A DNA stretch of 64,000 nt from a virus: the IMG/VR virus record IMGVR_UViG_3300025687_005582, positions 1 through 64,000 of that record. One strand, 5' to 3'. The position numbers and the translations under genes were made by a program. Within the stretch, counting starts at the first letter, position 1; every line of letters begins with the position of its first letter. Shown here one piece after another: positions 36,201-46,100 of this stretch. Below the pieces are notes generated by a model. It saw only the letters and a program-made list of their open reading frames with translations. It was not told the origin of the DNA and did no database searches.

Positions 36201-37903
36201 GCTATACAGACCCACAGTTAAACATTGATTTCAACTTAGATCGATTTTTCCGCAACAATGCAGAGGATGAAATAATAGGTGGAGAAAAATCTCCAACCGT
36301 TGGGGAATGGAACCTCAATAACCTGCTGCCGGAAAGCATATCTACAGGCATAGCTGAAACAGCAAATGTATTTGTAAACAAGTTTGCAGTAGCTATTTTA
36401 GATAATCTAAATGCCGAAACAGCTCAAGAAGAGCTAGAAGTTTACTACAGCGATTTCCCAAGAGTTTACGGGCAGTTAGTTGAAAATGCTTTTGAATATG
36501 TTCTAAAAAATGGAGTATTTGATGCTGCGACTTTGCAGTCATTAAACTTCTTTACACAAACAGAAAACTGCCCACCAAGCGAACTTGGCGACTTCCTTGA
36601 TATCCAGGGTATTATAAACCAAATGATTGAGGAGTATAAAGAGTCTGCCTGCAGCGGTGAAGATATTCCTTTGAGTTCAAAGATAAGAAACGTAATCAAG
36701 TTTGGTATGTATTTGCTTTTGGTTCAGATACATATTGCTGAGGTTATTATTAAAAATATCTTTGTTATGTCGGCTTATAACCTTGATAGCATTCTTGATA
36801 GAAACAGTTTTGTATTCACGTTCATTAGAGGGCAAATCCTTCAGTCTCTCTTGTTCTATTTTGATGCCATTGAGCCATCGGCTGAGAACAGAATACGAAT
36901 GGATCTAACATCTTATTTCAACCTCAAAGCACGCCGCTCTGTTGTAGCCCAGAGAGGTGGCATTTTATACCTTGATGGAACAGTGGCCATCCCAGCAGGC
37001 ACACAGTTCTCAATAACAGATGAAGACACTTTCTTTGGCTTTGATGAAATTTTAGATTTCTTGATCTCGGATAGAATCGATAGAAGCCGTCAAGCAATCA
37101 ACAATGCTTTGCGTAAAGCGCTTCCAAACACGAATCAGCTATCTTTCAACGAATCTATGTTGAGGACACTACCGGGTATTACAGTTCAAAATGACGAGCC
37201 GTCTGCAATATCAAATGTTATATCACAATTGACGCCATCATCATTAAGGCTTTTGAATATTCCGGAAGTTGGGTTGATAATGACGATGAAGCTTTCCGGA
37301 GAGAACGCAGCTGCCGCTACCTCGGAGCAATACGAGAACCTGTTGACTTCGGATAGAGAACAGCAAAACTTGGACCCGCTACCAGTCAGCGAGTCAGATT
37401 TCACACAAGGTACAGTACCATTCGTAGCCTTGACCGCCGCGCAAAGAAGATATCTTAATGGTACAGTAACAACCAATACGGAAACAAATAGAATATTTGT
37501 TCATGTTACTTTGGGCGCCGGCGTTATGGGTGATGAGTTCCAAGCTTTGAACACTGCTAGGGCTGAGATAAGTAATGCTTATCCAAATGCTTTTCTAACT
37601 GAAGCAGTACCAGTGATCATTATTTCATCCCCAGGTGTTGGACTACGATACGGTTGGCAAGTCAAGGGAACATTGGATACAACTCAACAACAAGATACAG
37701 AAGATTCTTTTTCTACAATCACCCAACAAGAAGAAGATGTAACTGGTCGTCGTTACTTCAAGCTTTGGGTCAAGAAAGGCCAGGATGTCTATCTCTTGTT
37801 AGATCTAGGCTATAGAAATGAAGGGATCCCTCCGATCACCTCTGATGACGCGCAGGGACTTGGTGGTATGCCTATAGGTGGTCTACCGACAATACCGTCA
37901 TAG
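33203..37903 (+). CDS. Large hypothetical virion protein (1566 aa)
   Basis: Long acidic ORF between spike-like and gp25 genes. Confidence 0.6.
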   Translation: MASITTKKYLSKSFNTPFYDKNSGTYKVKIKVSSNALAGGVGSQFGLLSIKEQGARAFVSSYLPEFYSYLFDEEYFQEQANGDLDLAESLIEEIVNSVQLETSYQTSPPSAMSIVIVRTLYNFDDKREELLSEGNMPDFEPNLTFFNQRLGIEGEISETTLTVGTLGEQNNLLNNGLRMFDTQYAGFEGQINLNVAFGPLQIQATKTLNKLVTLLSEQLKTQVPSYDFSEADTITLIFGKKNGKLAISRIDYLLIEESIQSQPLKVGYFPIIENSNLLNDPMTLAVLRNYQSLLTSIQDTIDTNSPYSFYDFLNDDAVKDSLGFDGSIIENFQIQPKKDMTNELLRVANDYGLIDVNNVDDLEKGFKDYFTSEEYKKLKKEVADNPEVFKRVAAAQTVKALNTAAQVSEVIGDVLDQGPLGLIERANPKVAYIMRQFGIDEIAREAFMCLTFGASVEAGRINKAVRNALVRAGSSVYYPPDVPKEAPISLPEVDFTQFQIFTVSGELWKEIEKVIVDTVQQTVLEVIKTLADLLRENCALTTPRSSDYGENDLTDFIEDNPNPGTSLLPTVGAGSQLDQLSGKNGLTNQQILDYLSALSSILSSIDICILLLNRDDASDELMDRILEFNQNYNDEAVARRLSSRTDILGFFEDLSGVVDVTNLCNEIANELYETNQDNVCLDEGIFDDENVQELLDLIENGLQVTPPNFNLDCPDSEFLDPTITKSIPETFNTLAEIVQLQFIASGDSVKEIMLEPVQKNQSRVLDDIRQVNTGSIGDPIDPAFLATIVGVLQQMQNGFSDLDEQLQQCDVDLSRFLGTDQAATAETITTIALALSSSIADPNFKDAIQNIINNVDNLANPENASNPVFTAYDFNQNFLNAFRDYIIPDSFGFDPQSLSTVTENFYSSFVLTGAVDEYRDLELLFKFDNEFTPISITTLDENIPVTVMSTGSDPNNPFTINLTDEEVIAGQALNPDLGTGIEDIGRIPNSLSLTYPTRGGYTDPQLNIDFNLDRFFRNNAEDEIIGGEKSPTVGEWNLNNLLPESISTGIAETANVFVNKFAVAILDNLNAETAQEELEVYYSDFPRVYGQLVENAFEYVLKNGVFDAATLQSLNFFTQTENCPPSELGDFLDIQGIINQMIEEYKESACSGEDIPLSSKIRNVIKFGMYLLLVQIHIAEVIIKNIFVMSAYNLDSILDRNSFVFTFIRGQILQSLLFYFDAIEPSAENRIRMDLTSYFNLKARRSVVAQRGGILYLDGTVAIPAGTQFSITDEDTFFGFDEILDFLISDRIDRSRQAINNALRKALPNTNQLSFNESMLRTLPGITVQNDEPSAISNVISQLTPSSLRLLNIPEVGLIMTMKLSGENAAAATSEQYENLLTSDREQQNLDPLPVSESDFTQGTVPFVALTAAQRRYLNGTVTTNTETNRIFVHVTLGAGVMGDEFQALNTARAEISNAYPNAFLTEAVPVIIISSPGVGLRYGWQVKGTLDTTQQQDTEDSFSTITQQEEDVTGRRYFKLWVKKGQDVYLLLDLGYRNEGIPPITSDDAQGLGGMPIGGLPTIPS

Positions 37904-37913
37904 GAAAGCTATT

Positions 37914-39419
37914 ATGTCATATTTTATTGGAAATACTCCTGCTGAAAAGAATCTTGCTAACGCACTCATTGACGAACTTCACGATGAGTTTGGCTTACCG
38001 TTATCTGATAGTAGTAATGGTGGTCCGGGGTTTGCGTATCAGCCTGACACGGACTCCGGTGTAGTTGGTGAGTTGGGCGATGCTGATTCGACTAAGAGAG
38101 CAGAGTGGAAAGCTCTTTTAGAAGAAGCAAATACCACTATACAAAGAGCGGCCAATATGTATAGTAACACTCCAGAAGATTTTAAACAGCAGATTTTTCC
38201 CGAGTTTGGTATCGAGTATTGGGATACATCGCTGAACTTTGCAACCACTGATTTAGCGCAGTTCGACTCTTTTACACGCCCCAATGCAGAAAGATTTTTT
38301 TGGAGCGAGCTAGAGGGCCCCGATACCTACACAGTTAGAAACTTGATTCTAATATATCAAGCTCTTATGGGTGACGGTGGATACAACCCGTTTCCGGCCC
38401 CACGGAACAGCGCTCTAGATGGCTCTTTAGGCCGCTGGGATCAGATTCGTGTTAACGAGTTGCTATTTGTAGTGAATCGAGAGTTGGACCTAAGACAAGA
38501 AGCTGTCTCAGAAGCTGTAGCAACTCAAGAGTATATTTTAGATTCTATCGGTATCGACTACGAAGCAGATGATATCAACTTTATAATGAACAACGATGAC
38601 TTCACCAGATTCTTCTCGACAACATTTGATTCTGATACGATCTCTTTAATACCGCTTATTTACAACTTCTATCTTTCTTCAAAGTATTTCCAAGGAATCA
38701 ACGAAGCTTTCCGGACACCAAAAGACAGAGTTTTAAGCATAATCTTGTCTACCATAGCGAACGATAATAACTTTGATTCAACTCCAGATCTCTCAAGACC
38801 AGCAGCAAATAACGCTATAGCAAGTTCTACCGGTCAAGATCAGAACGCAGCTTTCAACTCTGCCGCAAGAGATTTTATTCTTAAGATGCTTATCAAGACC
38901 CCAATCGATATTCTAAAGGGTGTTGTAGAGCTCGCAGACCCACACGTTGCGATTTCAAAGGGCATCAAGATAGGAACTGGCTTTGCTTTTAATGAGTTAG
39001 CTAAGGTCATTGACGAGAGTGGTGTCGCACAGGAACTAAATACAGCATTGGCTGAGGGGTCACAAGGAAATCTCAATCCATCGTTTAATGGAGAAGATTT
39101 AACAAAACTATTATTGTGCCTTGGTGATTTTGCTATGCAAGAAGGTCTTGCTGCGACATTAGACGCATCACAGCCTCCAAATAACGATGGACAGCCGCCA
39201 GTTCCAGAGAACTTCTTTCCCAGAGTATCTATTGATGGTATTGACTTCACGGGAACTGTCTCTGGAATGCTTATGATGCCTCCGAGCCCACTTGGTATCA
39301 TTTATTTATTATTAGAACTACTTAAAAGTGATATTACGAATCAAACGAATAATGTCTCAAACGCTAGTGCTGAAAACGCCAATGCAAACGAGTGTAGTGA
39401 CACACCGGAGGAAGGATAA
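37914..39419 (+). CDS. Hypothetical virion protein
   Basis: ATG37914 after AGGAAAG; ORF track 37878..39419. Confidence 0.6.
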   Translation: MSYFIGNTPAEKNLANALIDELHDEFGLPLSDSSNGGPGFAYQPDTDSGVVGELGDADSTKRAEWKALLEEANTTIQRAANMYSNTPEDFKQQIFPEFGIEYWDTSLNFATTDLAQFDSFTRPNAERFFWSELEGPDTYTVRNLILIYQALMGDGGYNPFPAPRNSALDGSLGRWDQIRVNELLFVVNRELDLRQEAVSEAVATQEYILDSIGIDYEADDINFIMNNDDFTRFFSTTFDSDTISLIPLIYNFYLSSKYFQGINEAFRTPKDRVLSIILSTIANDNNFDSTPDLSRPAANNAIASSTGQDQNAAFNSAARDFILKMLIKTPIDILKGVVELADPHVAISKGIKIGTGFAFNELAKVIDESGVAQELNTALAEGSQGNLNPSFNGEDLTKLLLCLGDFAMQEGLAATLDASQPPNNDGQPPVPENFFPRVSIDGIDFTGTVSGMLMMPPSPLGIIYLLLELLKSDITNQTNNVSNASAENANANECSDTPEEG

Positions 39420-39818
39420 ATGGCATCTGGATTATCTCCAAAGTTACCATTAACAGTAAGCGAGGTATTCGGTCCTTACAACTTAAATGTTACTTTTGAA
39501 GAGTTAGCAAAGCAAAATCTTAAAATGCTTATTTTAACTATTCCGGGCGAAAGAATCATGGATCCAAACTTTGGTGTGGGATTAAGAAGGTACTTATTTG
39601 AGTTCAATGGCTCCAATACTTACTCTCTTATAGAGTCAAAGATCCGCGAACAGGTTGGAAGATACTTAAGTTACATCCAGATAGACAATATTCAGTTTCA
39701 AATACCAGAAGGAAATCCAGACCTTTACCCTCATAACCTTTCGGTAGCTATATCTTTCACAATATTACCACTTCAGCAGTCAACATCTTTGCAAATTGAT
39801 GTTGATCAACCTATTTAG
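39420..39818 (+). CDS. Baseplate wedge protein, gp25/GPW-like
   Basis: KQNLKMLILTIPGERIMDPNFGVGLRRYLFE. Confidence 0.92.
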   Translation: MASGLSPKLPLTVSEVFGPYNLNVTFEELAKQNLKMLILTIPGERIMDPNFGVGLRRYLFEFNGSNTYSLIESKIREQVGRYLSYIQIDNIQFQIPEGNPDLYPHNLSVAISFTILPLQQSTSLQIDVDQPI

Positions 39819-39829
39819 AGAAGCATATT

Positions 39830-41629
39830 ATGGCCAAAAAACTACAACCTATCGATTACACAAGCCGCGACTTCGACTCTATTCGTAGAGACCTAGAAAA
39901 CTACGCGAAGAGATACTACCCGGATACATACAAAGATTTCAACCAAGCCTCTTTTGGCTCTTTGATGCTGGATACAGTTGCCTACATCGGTGATATTTTA
40001 TCCTTTTACCTTGATTATCAAACAAATGAATCGTTTTTAGAGTCTTCTATCGAGTACAATAACGTTGTTCGTCTTGCAAGACAGATGGGTTTCAAGCTAA
40101 ACACGAGCCCTTCTTCCTACGGGTTGTTGACATTTTATATTCAGGTTCCATCGGATGCCAACACAGCTGGTCCTAACCTAGAATACGCGCCAGTTCTGCG
40201 CGCAGGATCTATCTTCTCTTCTACAGGAGGTGGTCTTTACACTCTCTTGGAAGACGTAGATTTTGCAGTATCCACAAATCAGGTTGTAGTTGGTACTGTT
40301 GACTCTACCACTGGTAACCCAACAAACTTTGTTATTAGGGCCCAAGGCCGAGCAGTATCTGGTAGAACGCTTTTCAAAGAGTTGCAAGTAGGAAACTTCC
40401 AAAGATTCTTAAGAGTAGACTTAGAGAACAGTCGTGTTGCTGAGGTACTGAGTGTTTTGGATTCCGAAGGGCACGAATATGTAGAAGTAGATCACCTCTC
40501 ACAAAATGTCGTGTATAAAGCAATTCGTAACACCAATACGTCCACTAACTCAACTGTAAGAAATATCCTTAAAGCAGTCCCAGTTGCAAGAAGATTCACA
40601 GTTGAGCGCGAGGGAGATAGAACATATTTACAGTTTGGTTATGGCTCTGACTCTGAGTTACTATCTGATTCAGTCGCAGATCCTACGAATCTTGTTTTGG
40701 ACTTGAATGGTCGCAACTACATTACGGATGCCGACTTCGATCCGACAAAATTAATCAGCACAGACAAGTTTGGTATTGCTCCGGCAAATACAACTTTAAG
40801 AATCGGATACAGAGTAAACCTAACTAACGATGTAAACGCTGCCGTAAACTCTATTACAGGAGTAGACCGACCCCTATTCCGTTTTACCTCTCAGGGGTCA
40901 CTATCACAGACACTTCGCAACACTGTTATCGGTTCCTTAGAGGTACTAAACGAAGAGCCATTTGTTGGTGATATATCTTTGCCTTCCTCGGAAGAGATTA
41001 AGCAAAGAGTATTTGGCTTCTACGCTACCCAGAATAGGGCAGTGACCATTCAGGATTATCAATCAATCTGCTATGGAATGCCTGCAAAGTTCGGATCTGT
41101 TAAAAGAGCAGCGGTTGTTAGAGACTTTGATGAGTTCAAGAGAAACCTCAACATATATGTTATCTCAGAAGATACAAGCGGAAAATTGCTCACTGCAAAC
41201 ACAACTCTAAAGAACAACTTAAGAAGTTGGCTTTTACAGTATAAAGTAGTTAACGATACCATTGATATTTTAGATGCCGAAATCGTCAACTTCGGAATCA
41301 ACTATGTTGTAGCTATTGATTTGAACACAAATAGATTCAATGTTATCAATCGAGCGAACGCAGCTTTGAGAGATTATCTTGTTAAAAATCAATATGATAT
41401 CGGTGAGTCTATTCTTATAACAGACTTCTACAAAGTTCTACAAAAGGTAAACGGCATTATAGACGTTATAGATTTAGAAATCGTTGGTAAAACAGGTGCA
41501 TCCTACGCAGATTCGTCATTTAGTTTTCAAGATAATCTTTCTGCCGATGGTAGAAGAATCGAAGGTCAAGAAAACGCAATCTTCGAACTTAAGTTCGCCA
41601 ACGTGGATATCAAGGGAGCAATCCAGTAA
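39830..41629 (+). CDS. Baseplate wedge protein, gp6/J-like
   Basis: DYTSRDFDSIR, AYIGDILSFYLD, LQFGYG, QNRAVTIQDY. Confidence 0.92.
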   Translation: MAKKLQPIDYTSRDFDSIRRDLENYAKRYYPDTYKDFNQASFGSLMLDTVAYIGDILSFYLDYQTNESFLESSIEYNNVVRLARQMGFKLNTSPSSYGLLTFYIQVPSDANTAGPNLEYAPVLRAGSIFSSTGGGLYTLLEDVDFAVSTNQVVVGTVDSTTGNPTNFVIRAQGRAVSGRTLFKELQVGNFQRFLRVDLENSRVAEVLSVLDSEGHEYVEVDHLSQNVVYKAIRNTNTSTNSTVRNILKAVPVARRFTVEREGDRTYLQFGYGSDSELLSDSVADPTNLVLDLNGRNYITDADFDPTKLISTDKFGIAPANTTLRIGYRVNLTNDVNAAVNSITGVDRPLFRFTSQGSLSQTLRNTVIGSLEVLNEEPFVGDISLPSSEEIKQRVFGFYATQNRAVTIQDYQSICYGMPAKFGSVKRAAVVRDFDEFKRNLNIYVISEDTSGKLLTANTTLKNNLRSWLLQYKVVNDTIDILDAEIVNFGINYVVAIDLNTNRFNVINRANAALRDYLVKNQYDIGESILITDFYKVLQKVNGIIDVIDLEIVGKTGASYADSSFSFQDNLSADGRRIEGQENAIFELKFANVDIKGAIQ

Positions 41630-43158
41630 TGGCTATTTTAAGATACACAGCTAGCGCTGATAATACAATCACAAATGCTTTTGAGGCTAACTTGGTCACG
41701 AGAGGTACGGGCTCCAGCATGGGATACGCCGATTCTCTTGAGGTATTTTCCATTTATGGTCAGGAATCAGGATCAAACGGACAATCTCAAGAGCTTTCTA
41801 GAATCCTTATTCAGTTTCCTGTAGATCGAATCTCATCTGATAGAACAGCCGGTACGATCCCAGCGTCAGGTTCTGTTTCTTTCTATCTTAAAATGTTCAA
41901 TGCAGAACATCCTTTTACTCTTCCACAAGACTTTAATCTTGTCGTTGCTCCTATCTCACAGTCTTGGGTAGAGGGCACAGGTCTTGATATGGATGAATAT
42001 CAGGACATTGGAACATCCAACTGGCTTAAGACAAACAACAGCACTTCATGGACAAATGTTGGTGGTGATTATCTGTCCGATGATAACTACAACGTTCGAT
42101 TTGAGCAGGGATATGAAAATCTAGAGTTAGATGTTACCACTGTAGTAGAGAACTGGATTACTGGTGCTGTAGGTAATAAGTACAATAACTACGGTTTTGG
42201 TCTTCGGCTGACCGCTTCTCAGGAAGCTTACTTCTCCTCTTCCTTGGGGGTTGATTCTGGATCAGTAATCCAGAACACTGTCGGAGCAACACAGTCGTAC
42301 TACACAAAGAAATTCTTTGCTCGCTCAAGTGAGTTCTTCTTTAAGCGTCCGGTAATCGAGGCTCGATGGGATTCTCGCGTAATGGATGATAGAGAAAACT
42401 TTTACTTCTCTTCCTCTCGCGCACCAGCTGCTGATAACTTAAATACTCTATACTTTTACAACTATGTAAGAGGTCGCCTTCGCAACATCCCGGGTGTTGG
42501 AACAGGAAATATTTTGGTGTCTTTCTATTCCAGTTCGTTCGGAACGCCAGCTGGTTCTAAGATATCTTTACAGGGTGGTGGTAGCGTCGTCTCTACTGGC
42601 GATATAAACGCTACTGGAAGTTATGTGAGCCCGGGTATCTATTCTTGCACCGTCGCTCTTACAGCGGCTTCTACGCCTCTACAAGAGATTAATGATGTAT
42701 GGCATTCTGGCGGTGTAGAGTTCTTTACTGGATCATTCTTCCCTGAAGCAATGCCGACATATGATAGCGCCCCAACGTTCACAAGAATCACATCTTGTAA
42801 GAATCTCAAGAAAAAGTATTCCAAACAAGACACAGCAAGATTTAGATTTTTTGTTCGCGACAGAAACTGGAGCCCAACAATCTACACAGTTGCTACTGCT
42901 AACAATCCAACAGACATTATTGAGAGTGCATCTTATGGGATTTATCGAGTCATCGACAATCTTCCGGCTGTTCCGTATGGTACCGGTTCAGATTTTAGCA
43001 CTTACTTATCTTACGATAAGGAAGGAAATTACTTTGATTTAGATATGTCACTTCTAGAGCCAGACTATATGTATGAAATAAGATTGTCTTATTACAACGA
43101 TAGTATTGGTGACTGGCAAGAACAACCTCAAACGTTCAAATTTAGAGTTGAAGAATAA
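41629..43158 (+). CDS. Virion protein with DNRLRE-like domain
   Basis: SRILIQF, WVEGTG, GGDY, LDVT..VENW, NYGFGLRL, RPVIEARW. Confidence 0.6.
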   Translation: MAILRYTASADNTITNAFEANLVTRGTGSSMGYADSLEVFSIYGQESGSNGQSQELSRILIQFPVDRISSDRTAGTIPASGSVSFYLKMFNAEHPFTLPQDFNLVVAPISQSWVEGTGLDMDEYQDIGTSNWLKTNNSTSWTNVGGDYLSDDNYNVRFEQGYENLELDVTTVVENWITGAVGNKYNNYGFGLRLTASQEAYFSSSLGVDSGSVIQNTVGATQSYYTKKFFARSSEFFFKRPVIEARWDSRVMDDRENFYFSSSRAPAADNLNTLYFYNYVRGRLRNIPGVGTGNILVSFYSSSFGTPAGSKISLQGGGSVVSTGDINATGSYVSPGIYSCTVALTAASTPLQEINDVWHSGGVEFFTGSFFPEAMPTYDSAPTFTRITSCKNLKKKYSKQDTARFRFFVRDRNWSPTIYTVATANNPTDIIESASYGIYRVIDNLPAVPYGTGSDFSTYLSYDKEGNYFDLDMSLLEPDYMYEIRLSYYNDSIGDWQEQPQTFKFRVEE

Positions 43159-43165
43159 TTAAAGT

Positions 43166-46100
43166 ATGAGCATCAAAAAGTATTTTGAAGTAGCTGAAAG
43201 CATCAAGGCTCTTTCAGGGAAAACGGCAGATGAAATCGCTTCACAAGTAGAATCTGTTGGGTATCACGAAGAAGATATAATAGAAGAAGAAAGATTTATT
43301 CCAAGAGTAGACTTTTCTAAGCCCGAAAACTTTGCTCGCTATGGGTCAGCCGAAGAATACTATGACCAAGCTATCAAAAGAATCTACAACGAATTTCCTT
43401 ACGATGGCTCTCTAAGAGAAAGATTACAGTGGGAGAATGAATCCACTTATATTGATTTATACATCTACAACAATCGATACCCAAGAACTAATGGATATGC
43501 AATTGTTTCTGCAGATGGATGGGGAACACAAGCATCTATAACTGATGGGTACGGCTTACCAGATGATTTAGAATACATTTTTGTAAAAGGTGGCCCGAAT
43601 GCTAATCCAAATGGCATGTCGCCAAAATCAGTTAACTTTACAGGCTCCAACTATTATGAGCCATCTAAGAACAGAGGGTCGAACCTAGAATTCGATCTAG
43701 CATCGCAAGGTGCTTCTATTGAGTTTTGGTTAAACAAGACTGAGTTTGTTACTGCTTCAACTGAAAAAGAAGTTCTGTTCGATCTTTGGAATGGCGAAAA
43801 CTCATCGTCAGCAGATTATGTTCGTTTTACATTAGAGCTTTCAGGTACCGCTGACGGAACAGACCCATTCTTACTTACAGTTTTCTCGGGCTCAACAGGA
43901 TTTTTCCAGCAGCCAATCGCTGCTACTACATTTACAACCTCTTCTGTAGCGGATTCCAACTGGCACCACTATGCTGTAACAGTTAAATCTGCATCTGCTG
44001 GCGTTACCACACGATTCTATGTTGATGGTAATCTCAACAACGAGACCATATTAGGCTCTGCCGGCATAGACGACACAGACTCTTCAAGTCTACGTGCGTA
44101 CATTGGTGCCCTCATTGCTGCACCTTCTGGCTCTTCCGCATCAGCGGGAGCAGGTAAGCTTTCCGGTTCTCTTGATGAGTTGAGATACTGGAAGACACAA
44201 AGATCTTCTAAAGAAATCGGACGTTTTTGGTTTACGCAAGTTGGCGGTGGCGTAAATACGGATCCAACTCCGTTTACAACAACCGAGGAGTCAGCAAACG
44301 TAGACCTAGGTGTTTACTTCAAGTTTAATGAAGGCATCACGGGAAGAACATCAACAGATAGCACTGTTCTTGATTACTCTGGTCGCTTCTCTAACGGTTC
44401 GTGGACTGGATACACAACCAACTCAAGAAACACAGGCTCAGCGATTGTATTGTCTAATGCTGCCATTAGTGAATACCAAGATCCAATCATCTACTCTTTC
44501 CATCCAGCCGTTGTTTCGTTAGCATCTGAGTTGCAGACATCTGGTTCGGCCCACGATGTCAATAACAATGCTGCTGTCTACAACTCCATTCCTTCATGGA
44601 TTACAGAGGAAGATTCAGAGGGCGAGAAGAACACAAAGTATCTAACACAGATTATTTCAAGTTACTTTGATACTCTGCATCTACAAATCGACAGTCTAAA
44701 CCACTTAAAGGATATTCAATACCCCAGTGGTAGTGATAAACCGCTTCCATTTGCAGAGAAACTTCTTTCTTCTTACGGATTTGTGGCGCCAGAGATTTTC
44801 CTAGATACCGATGTGTTAGAGAAGTTGGCCGATAGAAGTGAAGATAAAGTCTATGAAAAGTCACTTCACGACATCAAGAACATTATATACCAGAACATTT
44901 ACAACAACTTAAACTACATCTACAAGTCTAAAGGCACCGAAAAAGCATTTAGAAATCTTATTCGTTGTTTTGGTATTGATGATGAGCTAATAAAACTCAA
45001 TATGTACGCGGATAACGTACAGTATGAGCTTCAAAGCAACAGAAGAAACATCATTGTTGGCGACAAGTTTGCTAACTTCAACACAGCAGCTGGTAAAAGC
45101 GCGAATGTGTACAACTACACCGACACATCAAACGTTAACTCTGTAGGATTTATTACCTCTAGCGTATCTCTAACTGGTGGATATGCCACAACTTTAGAGG
45201 CTGAGATTCTTTTCCCACTAAAGCAAGATGAATCTTCTATTGTTTATGTTGATACGAACACAATCAGTGCCTCCTTGTTTGGTGTACACGGCACAGTCGA
45301 TTCAGGCACCGACACTACATGGGCGACTTCTGACGATGTTAACTTCCAAGTATATGCCGTAAGAGATGAGCTTCGGTCATCAAACGTTAGATTTGTTCTC
45401 ACCGGAACGGCTGGTGGGCATGTTCCAGAACTTGTTTCTTCGTTGTATGAGGATGTCTACAACAACACAAGATGGAACTTATCTGTCAGAATAAGACCAG
45501 ATCAGTTCCCGCTAACAGGACTTGTTGATGGTACAAATAGCGATTATGTTATTGAACTTCATGGTGTTCAAGCCGATGCCGGCGTAATTCTTGAAGAGTT
45601 TACTGTAACAGGGACGATTTCTAATCCTCCCGCAGCGTTCCTAACAAGCAGCAAAAGAGCATACGTAGGCGCGCACAGAACAAACTTTACCGGAACTGTA
45701 CTTCAAACATCGGATGTAAAAGTCAATGCTTGTAGATACTGGCTTGATTATGTTGAGGATGATGCCCTAAGAGGACACATTCTTGATACAGAAAATCACG
45801 GTGCCCTTCAGCCGCATTTATATGCGTATCCGTTTAACCCATCTGCTTCTTTTGGGGATATAACAAAACTTGATACCCTAGTGTTCAACTGGGAGTTCCT
45901 CAACAACACGGGCTCAGATGCTAGTGGTCAGTTTATTGTGGACGACATTAGTTCTGGATCTGCCGCCTTTACAAGATTTGGAGATTTAGGAAACATCCTA
46001 AACAAGCAGTATACTGCTAGAGGCGACTTCTTTGAAGCTTCTTCCACAAAAGCAATCGACAAAGACTTCGTTGTATCATCAAGACTAAATCTTCCCGAGA

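Noticed and set aside
33203-39419. Programmed frameshift or readthrough joining the 1566-aa ORF and the next ORF
   Set aside because: The second gene has its own RBS and ATG at 37914; no slippery site evident
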